Source: a virus (lineage: Duplodnaviria; Caudoviricetes). Taken from it: a stretch of DNA of 40,948 nucleotides. Made by a program: the position numbers and the translations under genes. The stretch lies in IMG/VR virus record IMGVR_UViG_3300044836_000085, positions 1-40,948 of that record; one strand, 5' to 3'. Shown here piece after piece: positions 16,889 through 26,062 of this stretch (its first letter is position 1; every line of letters starts with the position of its first letter). The notes beneath the pieces were generated by a model. It had not been told where the DNA came from. It saw only the letters and a program-made list of their open reading frames with translations, and searched no databases.

Positions 16889-17370
16889 CAGTCCACAAGC
16901 CCCCTGAATCGAAACGCGGCCACGGCGCACTTTCGCGGCCAGCCGCGAAACGGCTCTTCCCTTACCTGCCCCGGCTTCTCCCGCTCGAAGGCGTGGACGA
17001 CCATTAACTCGCCTTCGGAGTCCGGCCCTTCGACACCCGGCCCGCGCGTCAACACTCCCGCGTGCCTCGCCTCGTCGTCGCGCGGGAACTTAATCATTAC
17101 AACGTCACCCTCGCGCGCATCCTCAAGAGCTATCTCGTCCATCTCCGCCTTTAACTTTTCGTAGAACTCCTTTCCGTCAGGCTCGCGCCTGTAGTTGCGC
17201 ACGTCGGGAAGCGGTCTCTCGGTGAGCCTGTAGGCTATCCACTCCAACAGGCCGCGACAGTCCACCCCGCCCGTGTTCGGGTCGGAGTGCTGGTGCTTGA
17301 ACGGCACGCCGATACAGGCGCGAGCCTCGCGCACTATGTCTCCCCTCGTGATTGCTGCGGCGTTTGTCAT
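16888..17370 (-). CDS. NlpC/P60 tail-associated peptidase
   Basis: ARACIGVPFKHQ, GVDCRGL, HAGV and VHA motifs. Confidence 0.92.
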   Translation of the reverse strand: MTNAAAITRGDIVREARACIGVPFKHQHSDPNTGGVDCRGLLEWIAYRLTERPLPDVRNYRREPDGKEFYEKLKAEMDEIALEDAREGDVVMIKFPRDDEARHAGVLTRGPGVEGPDSEGELMVVHAFEREKPGQVREEPFRGWPRKCAVAAFRFRGLVD

Positions 17371-18794
17371 GCGGCCCTGTTGACCTTCTGAATCTTCTCT
17401 ATATTCGAGATGAAGGGATCGCCGCGGTGGTTGATGATGTTATTAGCCACGCCTGAGCAGAACTCCTTCGTGCGCGGACATCCTCTCCTCGCCGAGTAAG
17501 TCCACCCGACGCCGATGCGCACGGGCGCGGCGCGACGGAAGACGAATTTCTTCGCCGCCGAGTCGTACTCGCGCACCTTGTACGTGCGCCCCGCGAGCGG
17601 CCCTGATGTGAATGTCACCTCGCCGTTTGAGAAGTAGTCCGAACCTTCTGTTCGAGACGAGTCAACGAACTCGCTGCCGTCCGTCGCGGACGTGACCGCG
17701 CCCGTCACGGTAATAGGCCCGCCGTCCGCGAGAGTCGCCGCGGGGTCTAGCTTGCATCGGTTCTCAAGATACTTGTCGGCGAAGTGCTTCACGTCGCACT
17801 TGACGACGACGAGACGCCCGACTTGTCCCTGCCCGACGAAGGTCAGAGGCCGCGCCTCCGCGCTGTAGGTTGGCCCTTCGGTCTGCACTCGGCCGACGCG
17901 GCCCGCGAACTCTACGAGCTGCCCCATGTCGAGCGCCTTCAGGTTGACGGTGAACATTTCAAGCTTCGCGCCCGACCAATCCCCTTCCTCAACCGCCTCC
18001 TTCGTTATAGCGTCGTCGTCGAACACGCTCTCGATTTGAAGACCGGCCGACTCGTGCCCGGCCTCCGCGTCAACTGTGGTCGGTACTCCTCCGCGCGAGG
18101 CTTGGAACGTGACGCCGGAGTGACCCGGCAGAGTCAGGTCTTGACTGTGAGAGGTCGCGCCGATTGCCGTCACGGCCTGCGTCAACTCCACCTCGACGGC
18201 CGAGCCCGCCGTCTGCCCCGAAAAAGCGGTGTCAACGCGCAGCGTCGTGGAAGGCGTGAGCGTCGAGGTATAGACAACCTCGTCGTCTACGGTGTAGCTG
18301 ACCTCGTAGCGGTTAAGGCTATAGTTCCAGAGGCGCAGGACTGAGAAGACGGCCGTCGGCTGCGGAAGGGCAATAGTCTTTCTCAACGTGCCCGACTCGT
18401 AGACCTTCGCGGCGTTGCCCACTGTAGAGATGAGCCAGCAGAATTGAATCGAGGTGTAATGCTGATTCGTGTCGGAGGCAGAGAGGCCGACAGCCACCTC
18501 ACCCGCGAGAGTCCCGCGACGGAAGCGCGCGCGCCCCTCGTCGGTGAAGGTCTCGACTGAGGCCGCACCGTGCGAGCCGAAGTCAGAGACGCCCGTGAAC
18601 GCGCAGTGAAGAGAGTTGAGTGCGGGCGTCAACCCGACGACCGAGGCCCACGTCACGGCGCGCGGGGCGCGCACGGCCATCTTCGGCGTGAGCTTCCAAC
18701 AGACGACCGTCTCAAGCGCGCGGCCCGCGAGATAATCAATCAGGCTCGTCGCCGTGTACGGGGTCTGGTAGTTGATAACCGTCTCAGCCATCAA
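17367..18794 (-). CDS. Tail hub protein (DUF2163/BR0599-like) with inserted beta-sandwich domain
   Basis: CWKL..TSHSQDL..GDWSGA..YFSNGEVTFTSG..GCPRT..C..N..NHRGDPF, in canonical GTA-like position. Confidence 0.88.
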   Translation of the reverse strand: MMAETVINYQTPYTATSLIDYLAGRALETVVCWKLTPKMAVRAPRAVTWASVVGLTPALNSLHCAFTGVSDFGSHGAASVETFTDEGRARFRRGTLAGEVAVGLSASDTNQHYTSIQFCWLISTVGNAAKVYESGTLRKTIALPQPTAVFSVLRLWNYSLNRYEVSYTVDDEVVYTSTLTPSTTLRVDTAFSGQTAGSAVEVELTQAVTAIGATSHSQDLTLPGHSGVTFQASRGGVPTTVDAEAGHESAGLQIESVFDDDAITKEAVEEGDWSGAKLEMFTVNLKALDMGQLVEFAGRVGRVQTEGPTYSAEARPLTFVGQGQVGRLVVVKCDVKHFADKYLENRCKLDPAATLADGGPITVTGAVTSATDGSEFVDSSRTEGSDYFSNGEVTFTSGPLAGRTYKVREYDSAAKKFVFRRAAPVRIGVGWTYSARRGCPRTKEFCSGVANNIINHRGDPFISNIEKIQKVNRAA

Positions 18795-19474
18795 GCCCCC
18801 AAGTCTTCGATTAAAAGTATGGGCGAGATGTCGCCCCCTGTTCCGGCGGTGTCAACGAGCATCTGACTTGAGGCGGCGTCCCACTTTAGGTTTGTGTAGA
18901 ACTCGCCCACGGGAATCTTGTCCTCCGCGAATCTGACGGGCACGTAGAAGCGCCCCTCCCATTCAATGGCCGCGGCCGCGCTCGGAAAGTGGCCCGACAG
19001 GAACGTGACCTTGCCCGTCATGTAGTCGAGCGTGTAATCAACGCCCTCGCTCTTCAGGACGTTGGCGACGTAGATTTTGACCGAGCCCGTCTCCGGCTTC
19101 GTGATGCGGCGCACGTCGGCGTTCGACGGGTCGGCGTAGGTCTTCGTCAGTTGGAAAGGCCCGGCCGTTCCGTCGCCCGTGGCGAACGTGCCCTCAGTTC
19201 CGCGCGAGACGGTGTAGTCGAGCGGGTCGCGCGCCGGGAAAGAGAAGAGGCGATACTTGCGACGGCGTTGAAAGGAGATGAGCGTCTGAAGGTCTTTGAG
19301 CGAGCGCACGCCGAGCACGGCGTCGAGCATTGTCCGCCCGTCGTCCAGGTTGGCGATTCTTACCTCATTCGCGCTCAGGCCCGCGCCCAAACGTATGATC
19401 GTGGTGTCGCCCTCCGGCGCGCTGGTAACGCGCTCAAGACTCAATGGAAATAGTTCTGCGTGGTATCCGCTCAT
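18791..19474 (-). CDS. Distal tail protein (DUF2460/TIGR02217-like)
   Basis: GDGT..FQLTKTY..RRITKP..FYVPVRF..D motifs; follows the tape measure. Confidence 0.9.
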   Translation of the reverse strand: MSGYHAELFPLSLERVTSAPEGDTTIIRLGAGLSANEVRIANLDDGRTMLDAVLGVRSLKDLQTLISFQRRRKYRLFSFPARDPLDYTVSRGTEGTFATGDGTAGPFQLTKTYADPSNADVRRITKPETGSVKIYVANVLKSEGVDYTLDYMTGKVTFLSGHFPSAAAAIEWEGRFYVPVRFAEDKIPVGEFYTNLKWDAASSQMLVDTAGTGGDISPILLIEDLGA

Positions 19475-22400
19475 TTGTTTGACGCTATGCCCCTCTGCGC
19501 GCCCCTGCGCGCGAGCCGCGCCGCGTCGCGCTCTATGGCCTGTCGTGACGCCCGCGTTAGCTGCCCGTCCTGCGTCGAGTAAGTTCCGTGCATGTGAAGG
19601 TGAAGCTCGCCGCCCAACGCGCTCATGTTGGGGCTCGGTAATGTGCCCATGGCGCCGCCGAGCGCGAAGCCCGGCACGTCGGGAAGGCTGAAGAAGTCGG
19701 GAAGCCTGCCGAAGCTGTTAAGGAAGTTGAGCACGGGCGCGCCCAACCTTCTGGCGGCCCACTCTCTGACAACGAACTCACCATCTGAGACCCACGCGAG
19801 AATTGAGTCGCTGGTGCTCGACCCCGGCCCACTGATAGGCCCGCCCTCCGCGCGCGCCTGCTTGGGCTGTCCATACTTCTTCAAGGCGAGTGCGCCCGCG
19901 AACTCTACGGCCTTCATCAGTAAGTCTCGGCCGAGGGAGTTGGTAGCAGGAAGCAGGTTCGGTAAGAACGTGATGACCTCGTTAAATTGTGACCCGATGC
20001 TGCCGAAGCCGCCGCGCAGTTCGTCTACAGTTCCCGCCGTGTTCCCCTTGATGCCTTGTAGATAATTGCCAGTGCCGCTTTGGAAGTTGCGGATGATGAG
20101 CGGGATGTTTTCAATGCCTCCGCCCGCGGGCGCACCTCTGCCCGTCTGCTTAGGAGTGCCGCCACCGAGTATGCGTGCAAGGATGTTGCCGATTGAGTTA
20201 CCGCTGCCCGTGTTAAGCAGGCCACCGAACAGTTTTTCAACGAACTTCGAGGCGAGTATTCGCGCGATTTCGTTAAGTATCGTTTGAGCTAATTGCCGGA
20301 AGGCTTCGCCGATAGACTTCGTGCGCGTCACGATGTTGACGAGCGTGTCCTCTAGCCCGCTGCGGAGCGTGTCGTCTATGCGCTTGGCCGTCTCGTCTAT
20401 ATTCTGACCGAGCTTACTCCATTCAATTTGCAGTTTTCTGACGGCGGCGATAAGCGCGGGGTCGCCCGTCCTGCGTGCTATCTCCGCGAGCCCTTCAATC
20501 TGATCCACGAGTGAGCGCTTCAATTCGCGCTCTAGCTCAAGTCTCCGCTTCGTCGCATCCTGCGCCCTGATGGCCCCCTGCTCGACGCCGAGCGACAGCA
20601 ACTCTTCGAGGTCGCGCAACTGTGAGAACCGCGTCGAGATGTCGTCGCTTATCTCCTTGAACTTGGCGTGCTGTGAGAGGCCCGCTATGAGGTCGTCAAT
20701 CCTCTTGACCTGCTCGGAAGCTTCCCCGAAGTTGGCGACCATCTGCCGGCGCGTCTCGCGGAAGCGCGTCTCTATCTCGCGTGCGGCGGCCTCCGCGCGC
20801 ACCGAGCCGAAGCGGGACATCGCATCGAGTTCGTTCTCAATTCCCGCGACCGTATCCTCTAACGCCTGCTGCGCCTTCGCCTCGTCGCGCACAAGCCCGT
20901 TCTTTTTGTCCGTCGTCTCTTCAACGAGGCGCTTGCGCTCCGCTTCGAGCTTGACGATTTCCGTGGCGAGCTTTTTATCCTCGGCGGCGACGGCGAGCTT
21001 CCGCTCGTCGGGCTTAAGCTTCGGGTCTAAATCCTTAACCGCTAAGTCGCGCCGCTTCTGCGCCGCCGCAATCTCCGCGGCGATGCGGTCTTTCTCCGCC
21101 TGTAGGGCTTTGTCTGCGAGCCGGGCCTCAAGCCTGTACGCCTCGGAGATTGAGAGGATGGCGTCGTCGAGCCCGCTCTTCACGGCGTCCACGCTGGCGG
21201 CGATGTCCTGCTTGACGGCATCGAACTTCGCCTGAACATCCGCGAGGTCTTTATCTATCTGCGCCCTGTCGAGTGCGCGTTGAAGCTCGGGCACTTTCGA
21301 CTTCTCGCCGCCCCCGCCCTTCTTCTTGCCTTCCCCCTTACCCGCGCCCGAGGCCGAGGCGGTAGACATTAAGCCCTTCGCAAATTCGAGCTGGTCTGCG
21401 GCCTGCGCCGCGACTTCGTCGGCGGTCAGCGCCCCACTCTTCGCGCCCGCGCCGAAGCCCGGCACTGTCGTTAGAGCTACGGCGTTGGCCGCGAGTAGCA
21501 GCAGCCGCAGGAGCGGCGCGGCGTCGCGGAGTTGCGCCACGACGAGAGCGAGGACGACGTTAATGGCGGCCAGCACCCCGCGCACTACCTCTAACGCCGT
21601 GCGCCACGTCCCCGCGGAGGTGGCGACTCCTATGAACTGTCGGGCGATTTCTATAACCTGCCTGACGACGCCGACGCAGAGGTTCAGTATGGCGTCTATA
21701 GTCTCGCGGTTCGCGGTGACGAACTCGCCCGCGCGCTTAATCCCCGAGACGATGTCCTGCGCTATCGAGCCGCCGATGCGCACCACGCGCACGAGTATGT
21801 CGTCGGCAAGCGTCGTCAGGCTCTTGAACTGCTCCTGAATCCCCGCGCTCTTGAAGTCGAACAACTGCGGAAGGAGCTTCCTGACTTCATCCTTGAGCGC
21901 GGAGAAGGCCCGAGTCGTGGCCTCGGCCGAGAAGACGTTGAGCGCCTCCTGTAGATTCGAGATGAGGCCGTCAAGCGTGTCCGCCGCCGCCACGCCCGCA
22001 ATCGCAAAGCCTTCGAGGCGCTTGTTGAGTTCGTCCGCGAGAGTTCCCTGACTCTTCCAAGACGTGACCATCTTGTTAGAGATGCCGAGGACTTTGGCGA
22101 GTCGCGCGTCTTCGTTAATCGTCCCTTCGAGTATCGCGCGGACTTCCTGATTGACTTGATCGAAGGGAATGCCTAAAGCGCCCGCCGCCTGCACGACCTT
22201 GACCGTAATCTCGCGGATTTGGTCGAGGCCGAGGCCCGCAGCCAAACCCGGCGCCAGCGCCGCCTGAAACGCGGGGGCTATCTGCTCGAAGGTGGCCGTC
22301 GTGTTGATGGCGTCAACGCGGAGCTTCGCCACTTGGTTGCGCGCGAGCGCCATCGCGGCCGAGAACTTCTCCGCGCCTTCGACGGGGAGACCCGCAACCT

Positions 22401-23094
22401 TCACCTGCGCGAGCGAGGTTATGATTGCGGCGATGCCGAGCTGTACCTGTTCGAGTTGTCGGTGCGCCTCAAGCCCCTGTTGCGCGACGGCGACGAGGGC
22501 GACCGCGCCGATGCCGACGGACGCGGCGAAGCCCACGAAGCCCACGGCGAGCGCAGCCACTCCGGCGAGTACCACTGCCAGCGCTGCGGCGACGGCGAGC
22601 GCAATCGGCCCGAGCGCGGCGAGTGCGCCGCCCACCTCGGACAGCACCGCCCCCGCCTGCTCTCCCGCTCCGCTGGCTAGTTCTGAGAGCGACGAGCCGA
22701 CGGAAGAGAGACCCTGCTTTGCTGCCGCACCCGCGCGCGTGAATAGACCTGAGACCTTCTCGAAGGCGGGGCCGACCTTCCCCTTTAACCCTTCGGCCAC
22801 GTCAAGCAGTTTGCTAATGCCCGCGAGCGCGTTGGGGACGTTGGAGAGTGCGCCCACTACGGCGTTGACGCCGACGAGGAAGCGGACGAAGCCGCCCTTC
22901 TGCGAAGACTTCTCGAAAGCAGAGGCGAGCTTATTAACTGCGGCGGCGAGCTTGTCTATGTCGCCCGTGAGCGTGCCGACCTGACCTCCGCCCGCGCCCA
23001 ATTCTTTGACGTGGCCGGCGAGCGCGCGGACGTTTCCGAGCCCTTCGAGGAGGACTTTGATTTTGACCAGAATGTCTTGCTGAACTCCGGCCAT
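19471..23094 (-). CDS. Tail tape measure protein
   Basis: 1207-aa Ala-rich helical protein with C-terminal GGPISGPGSSTSDSILAWVSDGEFVV. Confidence 0.93.
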   Translation of the reverse strand: MAGVQQDILVKIKVLLEGLGNVRALAGHVKELGAGGGQVGTLTGDIDKLAAAVNKLASAFEKSSQKGGFVRFLVGVNAVVGALSNVPNALAGISKLLDVAEGLKGKVGPAFEKVSGLFTRAGAAAKQGLSSVGSSLSELASGAGEQAGAVLSEVGGALAALGPIALAVAAALAVVLAGVAALAVGFVGFAASVGIGAVALVAVAQQGLEAHRQLEQVQLGIAAIITSLAQVKVAGLPVEGAEKFSAAMALARNQVAKLRVDAINTTATFEQIAPAFQAALAPGLAAGLGLDQIREITVKVVQAAGALGIPFDQVNQEVRAILEGTINEDARLAKVLGISNKMVTSWKSQGTLADELNKRLEGFAIAGVAAADTLDGLISNLQEALNVFSAEATTRAFSALKDEVRKLLPQLFDFKSAGIQEQFKSLTTLADDILVRVVRIGGSIAQDIVSGIKRAGEFVTANRETIDAILNLCVGVVRQVIEIARQFIGVATSAGTWRTALEVVRGVLAAINVVLALVVAQLRDAAPLLRLLLLAANAVALTTVPGFGAGAKSGALTADEVAAQAADQLEFAKGLMSTASASGAGKGEGKKKGGGGEKSKVPELQRALDRAQIDKDLADVQAKFDAVKQDIAASVDAVKSGLDDAILSISEAYRLEARLADKALQAEKDRIAAEIAAAQKRRDLAVKDLDPKLKPDERKLAVAAEDKKLATEIVKLEAERKRLVEETTDKKNGLVRDEAKAQQALEDTVAGIENELDAMSRFGSVRAEAAAREIETRFRETRRQMVANFGEASEQVKRIDDLIAGLSQHAKFKEISDDISTRFSQLRDLEELLSLGVEQGAIRAQDATKRRLELERELKRSLVDQIEGLAEIARRTGDPALIAAVRKLQIEWSKLGQNIDETAKRIDDTLRSGLEDTLVNIVTRTKSIGEAFRQLAQTILNEIARILASKFVEKLFGGLLNTGSGNSIGNILARILGGGTPKQTGRGAPAGGGIENIPLIIRNFQSGTGNYLQGIKGNTAGTVDELRGGFGSIGSQFNEVITFLPNLLPATNSLGRDLLMKAVEFAGALALKKYGQPKQARAEGGPISGPGSSTSDSILAWVSDGEFVVREWAARRLGAPVLNFLNSFGRLPDFFSLPDVPGFALGGAMGTLPSPNMSALGGELHLHMHGTYSTQDGQLTRASRQAIERDAARLARRGAQRGIASNK

Positions 23095-23125
23095 CGGAAA
23101 CGCCTCTCTACAACGAAGCGGGCCT

Positions 23126-23422
23126 CTAATCGAGCGCCCGCATCGTCGTCTCTACTTGTTCCTTCTCGCCCCACACTCCGATTCGCACGAGTGTCAGCAT
23201 GAGCGCGGCCTGTTGGCCCTCTCGCCTCGCCGCGCTATTGCCGAGAAGGCGTACCTGCGCGAGCGTGAAGTCCCGGACTTCCTCTAGCCGATAACCTGCT
23301 CCGACGAATCGGTCAACGGCGGCTGCCCAAGAGCCTCCACCCCGTTTGTCGCCACGCTCTCGATTGCCTTTACCGCGGGCGCGAGCGCGTCCTGAATCAG
23401 ACTCCTGTTGCGGTAAAAAAAA
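23126..23422 (-). CDS. -1 frameshift extension of tail assembly chaperone (gpGT-like)
   Basis: The -1 frame opens at the T8 run right after a TGA and reads ...GSWAAAVDRFVGAGYRLEEVRDFTLAQVRLL...RALD*. Confidence 0.85.
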   Translation of the reverse strand, partial: FFLPQQESDSGRARARGKGNRERGDKRGGGSWAAAVDRFVGAGYRLEEVRDFTLAQVRLLGNSAARREGQQAALMLTLVRIGVWGEKEQVETTMRALD

Positions 23423-23823
23423 TCAAGGTTCACCGCGAAGACCGCCGAGGCGAGGCGGGCGGCGTCAACGAGGTCGAGGCCGTTGAGCGCCTGCGCCTGA
23501 AGCTGCTTGCCCGCGGCGATTGACAGGATGTTGATAAGTTCGTCGCCGCCGTCGAGGAGCATCTTGACGAAGTCGAAGCCCTTCTTCGCCTCCTCCGCGT
23601 CCTTCGCCTCCGCGACCTGCTTAATAGCTTCGGGCGCAATCGCCCCCGCGGCGCGCATCCTCTGAACGCACTTGAGGACGTTCGCAAACTCGCGGAGGCG
23701 GAAGGGGCTGACCGTGACGGCAACCTCCTTGCCCTGAGCCTTGACGGTGACGGTCTCGTTTACTTCGCCGAGCGCCTGTTCAAGTTCGCTGACGGCGTCC
23801 GTCTGCGTGTCGGTGGTTGCCAT
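23284..23823 (-). CDS. Tail assembly chaperone (gpG-like)
   Basis: Lies between tube and tape measure, with VNLDFF encoded over the slippery GAT TTT TTT TAC. Confidence 0.85.
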   Translation of the reverse strand: MATTDTQTDAVSELEQALGEVNETVTVKAQGKEVAVTVSPFRLREFANVLKCVQRMRAAGAIAPEAIKQVAEAKDAEEAKKGFDFVKMLLDGGDELINILSIAAGKQLQAQALNGLDLVDAARLASAVFAVNLDFFYRNRSLIQDALAPAVKAIESVATNGVEALGQPPLTDSSEQVIG

Positions 23824-24116
23824 TATTTACCTACCTCGAACCAAGTGCCGGGCTCTTGGCGGTCGGAGCGGCGCACGTTCAAGACCTCGGCGTCCTTGCC
23901 GTCCGGCCCTGCGACGATGAGGTCAAGTATGTTCGGGTCGTCGCCGACTTGCCTCTTGATGCGGGCCGGGACGATGTCGGGCGACTCGCCCGCGCTCAAC
24001 GGTCGGTTGATGACGTATTGAACCTCTCGCACCTGCGGCGTCGGCGCAGCGGCCGAGGTTGTCGTGGTCGTGGTCTTCTCGTCCACGTCTTTCAAGTCTT
24101 TGTCCCTGCTGCTCAT
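23823..24116 (-). CDS. Hypothetical protein
   Basis: 97 aa, GAGGT RBS, stop overlaps the chaperone start. Confidence 0.7.
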   Translation of the reverse strand: MSSRDKDLKDVDEKTTTTTTSAAAPTPQVREVQYVINRPLSAGESPDIVPARIKRQVGDDPNILDLIVAGPDGKDAEVLNVRRSDRQEPGTWFEVGK

Positions 24117-24145
24117 GTACTCACCTCAAAGTGTCGGCCTGCGGG

Positions 24146-24946
24146 TTAGGAGTTGGCGTTGATGTAGTTCCAGCGCGCGAAGCCGCCATAATTGGCGTCC
24201 GCCGCCTTCGTCGGGTGTCGTAGAATTTCCGCCGAGAGGTTGAAGTTCCCCTGCTCTTCGTTGATGAGCGCGAGCAGTTCGGCGGCGTTGAAGACGGTGC
24301 GGAAGATTTGGAAGCCTATCTTCTGGTCGGGGCTGGCCTCTGTGTTAACGCCCGCAAAGTAGACCTCGTACTCGTCGTCGTCGTTGGCCTCCATCGCGGT
24401 TATCACGTCAAGCGCCCCGTAGCTGTACTCGCCCTTGAAGGGCTGCACGAAGGCTCCGAGACTCAGAATCTCGACGATGCCGTGCTCGGCGTCGCGCAGG
24501 ACGTAGTGCGTGCCTGCCGTGAGCGTCGCAGGAGTGCCCGCCGAGTCTTTGATGATGAGCGAGGAGACGTTCGGGCGGGTGAGCCGCCAATACGAGCCGA
24601 CGACGAGACCCGTGGGCGCTGTGTCGGGACTGCCCGACGTGTAGCTGCCGGAGGCGAGCGTCACCTTCTTACCTGAGAGCGCGAGAGCGAGGTTATCCTT
24701 GCGGATGTCCTCAAACGTTATGTCGAGCGTGCCGCCCTTCGTCGTCGTCTGCACCTTGTCTATGAGGCGCTGGCCCGACTGAGACTCCTTGTGCTTGCGG
24801 CGCTCCATCGTGGGCTTGACCTCGAACTTCGTCGCGTTGCCGACGAGGAAGGAGCCGCCGGGACTGCCCGCCGCCGTCAGGAGCTTGGCAATGAAGACTT
24901 GCCCCTGCCCTGAGAAGTAGTTCGGATTCAGGTTGTCTAAAATCAT
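24146..24946 (-). CDS. Major tail tube protein
   Basis: YFSGQGQVFI..VGNA..HKESQSGQR..DNLALAL motifs and position. Confidence 0.88.
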   Translation of the reverse strand: MILDNLNPNYFSGQGQVFIAKLLTAAGSPGGSFLVGNATKFEVKPTMERRKHKESQSGQRLIDKVQTTTKGGTLDITFEDIRKDNLALALSGKKVTLASGSYTSGSPDTAPTGLVVGSYWRLTRPNVSSLIIKDSAGTPATLTAGTHYVLRDAEHGIVEILSLGAFVQPFKGEYSYGALDVITAMEANDDDEYEVYFAGVNTEASPDQKIGFQIFRTVFNAAELLALINEEQGNFNLSAEILRHPTKAADANYGGFARWNYINANS

Positions 24947-24962
24947 CGCTTCACCTCGGCTG

Positions 24963-25421
24963 TCACGCCTCCCACGGGCGGCGACTGTATTCGACTTTGA
25001 ACTTGAGCCGGGCCGCGCCTATCTGCTGCCCCAACTCGTCAACGTTGATGTCTTCTTCAAGAGGGATCGTGCGACGTGCCAAGCTCCCCCAAGTCGGGTC
25101 AACACTCACGGCCTTTATCATGTCTTCGAGAGCCTTGCGCGCGAGCGTCGCGGAGGCGTTCGCCTCTTTGAGTTCGGCGATAGCGACGATTTCAAGCTCC
25201 CGGTCATACGTGCCCGCGTTCTTATCCTTGACGGCCGTCGTCTCGACTTCGTCGCGGATGTCGTGGCCGGGTAGCTCGTCCGCTTCGGGGTCTGCGCCTT
25301 TGGGGCCGGGGTTCCATTCCGTCTGCTTGAGGCCGATGTCGGTCTGATAGCCGTTGGCTATCGTGATGAGCGCGAACCGCTCTTTGACCTTGTCAATTAT
25401 CTGCTGGCGCTTCCCCGGCAT
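24963..25421 (-). CDS. Tail terminator protein
   Basis: KRQQI..I..ANGYQTDIG..DPTWGSLA..VEY; directly upstream of the tube gene. Confidence 0.8.
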   Translation of the reverse strand: MPGKRQQIIDKVKERFALITIANGYQTDIGLKQTEWNPGPKGADPEADELPGHDIRDEVETTAVKDKNAGTYDRELEIVAIAELKEANASATLARKALEDMIKAVSVDPTWGSLARRTIPLEEDINVDELGQQIGAARLKFKVEYSRRPWEA

Positions 25422-25729
25422 TACTGTTTCGCTATGAAGAGCGTCACGAGGCCCGTGCCGTCCGCTTCGCGTCTGACGACGCGGTAGGTGTCGCCTCCCG
25501 CCTCAACGGTGTAGTTTTTCTTGACTCCCCCAACGTCTGCGGCCTTGCACAGCACGCTCGGCTGAAGGTGTGCGACCTCGCCGCCCGCGCCGACCTGCAT
25601 CTCCTGAACCGGCAGGGAGAGGATGACACTTGCCTCTCCGACGACCGCGCCCTGCGGAGTCTTGAACGTGGCAGGAACGGCGTGCTCGGCCTCGTTGAAA
25701 AAGACGCTGAAGTCTTCGGCGAGCGGCAC
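25421..25729 (-). CDS. Head-tail joining protein (gpFII-like)
   Basis: EDFSVFFN..YRVV..DGTG motifs and position. Confidence 0.8.
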   Translation of the reverse strand: MPLAEDFSVFFNEAEHAVPATFKTPQGAVVGEASVILSLPVQEMQVGAGGEVAHLQPSVLCKAADVGGVKKNYTVEAGGDTYRVVRREADGTGLVTLFIAKQ

Positions 25730-25732
25730 GGT

Positions 25733-26062
25733 TTACTTCTTCTTTTTCTTGCCGTCGTCGGACGCGTTGGCCTCGGTCGTGGCGTCCTCTATCTCGCGCA
25801 GCTCTTCGTCGCTGTCAACGGCCTCGGCGCGCTGCTGCCTGATGTAGTTAGCGGCGCGGTGGAACGGCACTTGCGCGACCTTCTTCGGGTAGTCGGGGCC
25901 GTAGTCCACGCCGTCGTCGCAGGTGTTGACGATGAACTTGATTTTGACGAGCCGCTTCGGGTCGTCCTCGTCCGTGGTCTTCAAAGGCATCTCGGTCTCT
26001 CTCCTGTCCGCGCCCGCAGCGGCGCTGCGTAGTTCCTCAACTCGCTTCTCTACGAAGCCCAT
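25733..26062 (-). CDS. Small post-capsid protein (gpFI-like/hypothetical)
   Basis: Directly after the capsid gene with a charged tail. The function is assigned by position only. Confidence 0.6.
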   Translation of the reverse strand: MGFVEKRVEELRSAAAGADRRETEMPLKTTDEDDPKRLVKIKFIVNTCDDGVDYGPDYPKKVAQVPFHRAANYIRQQRAEAVDSDEELREIEDATTEANASDDGKKKKK

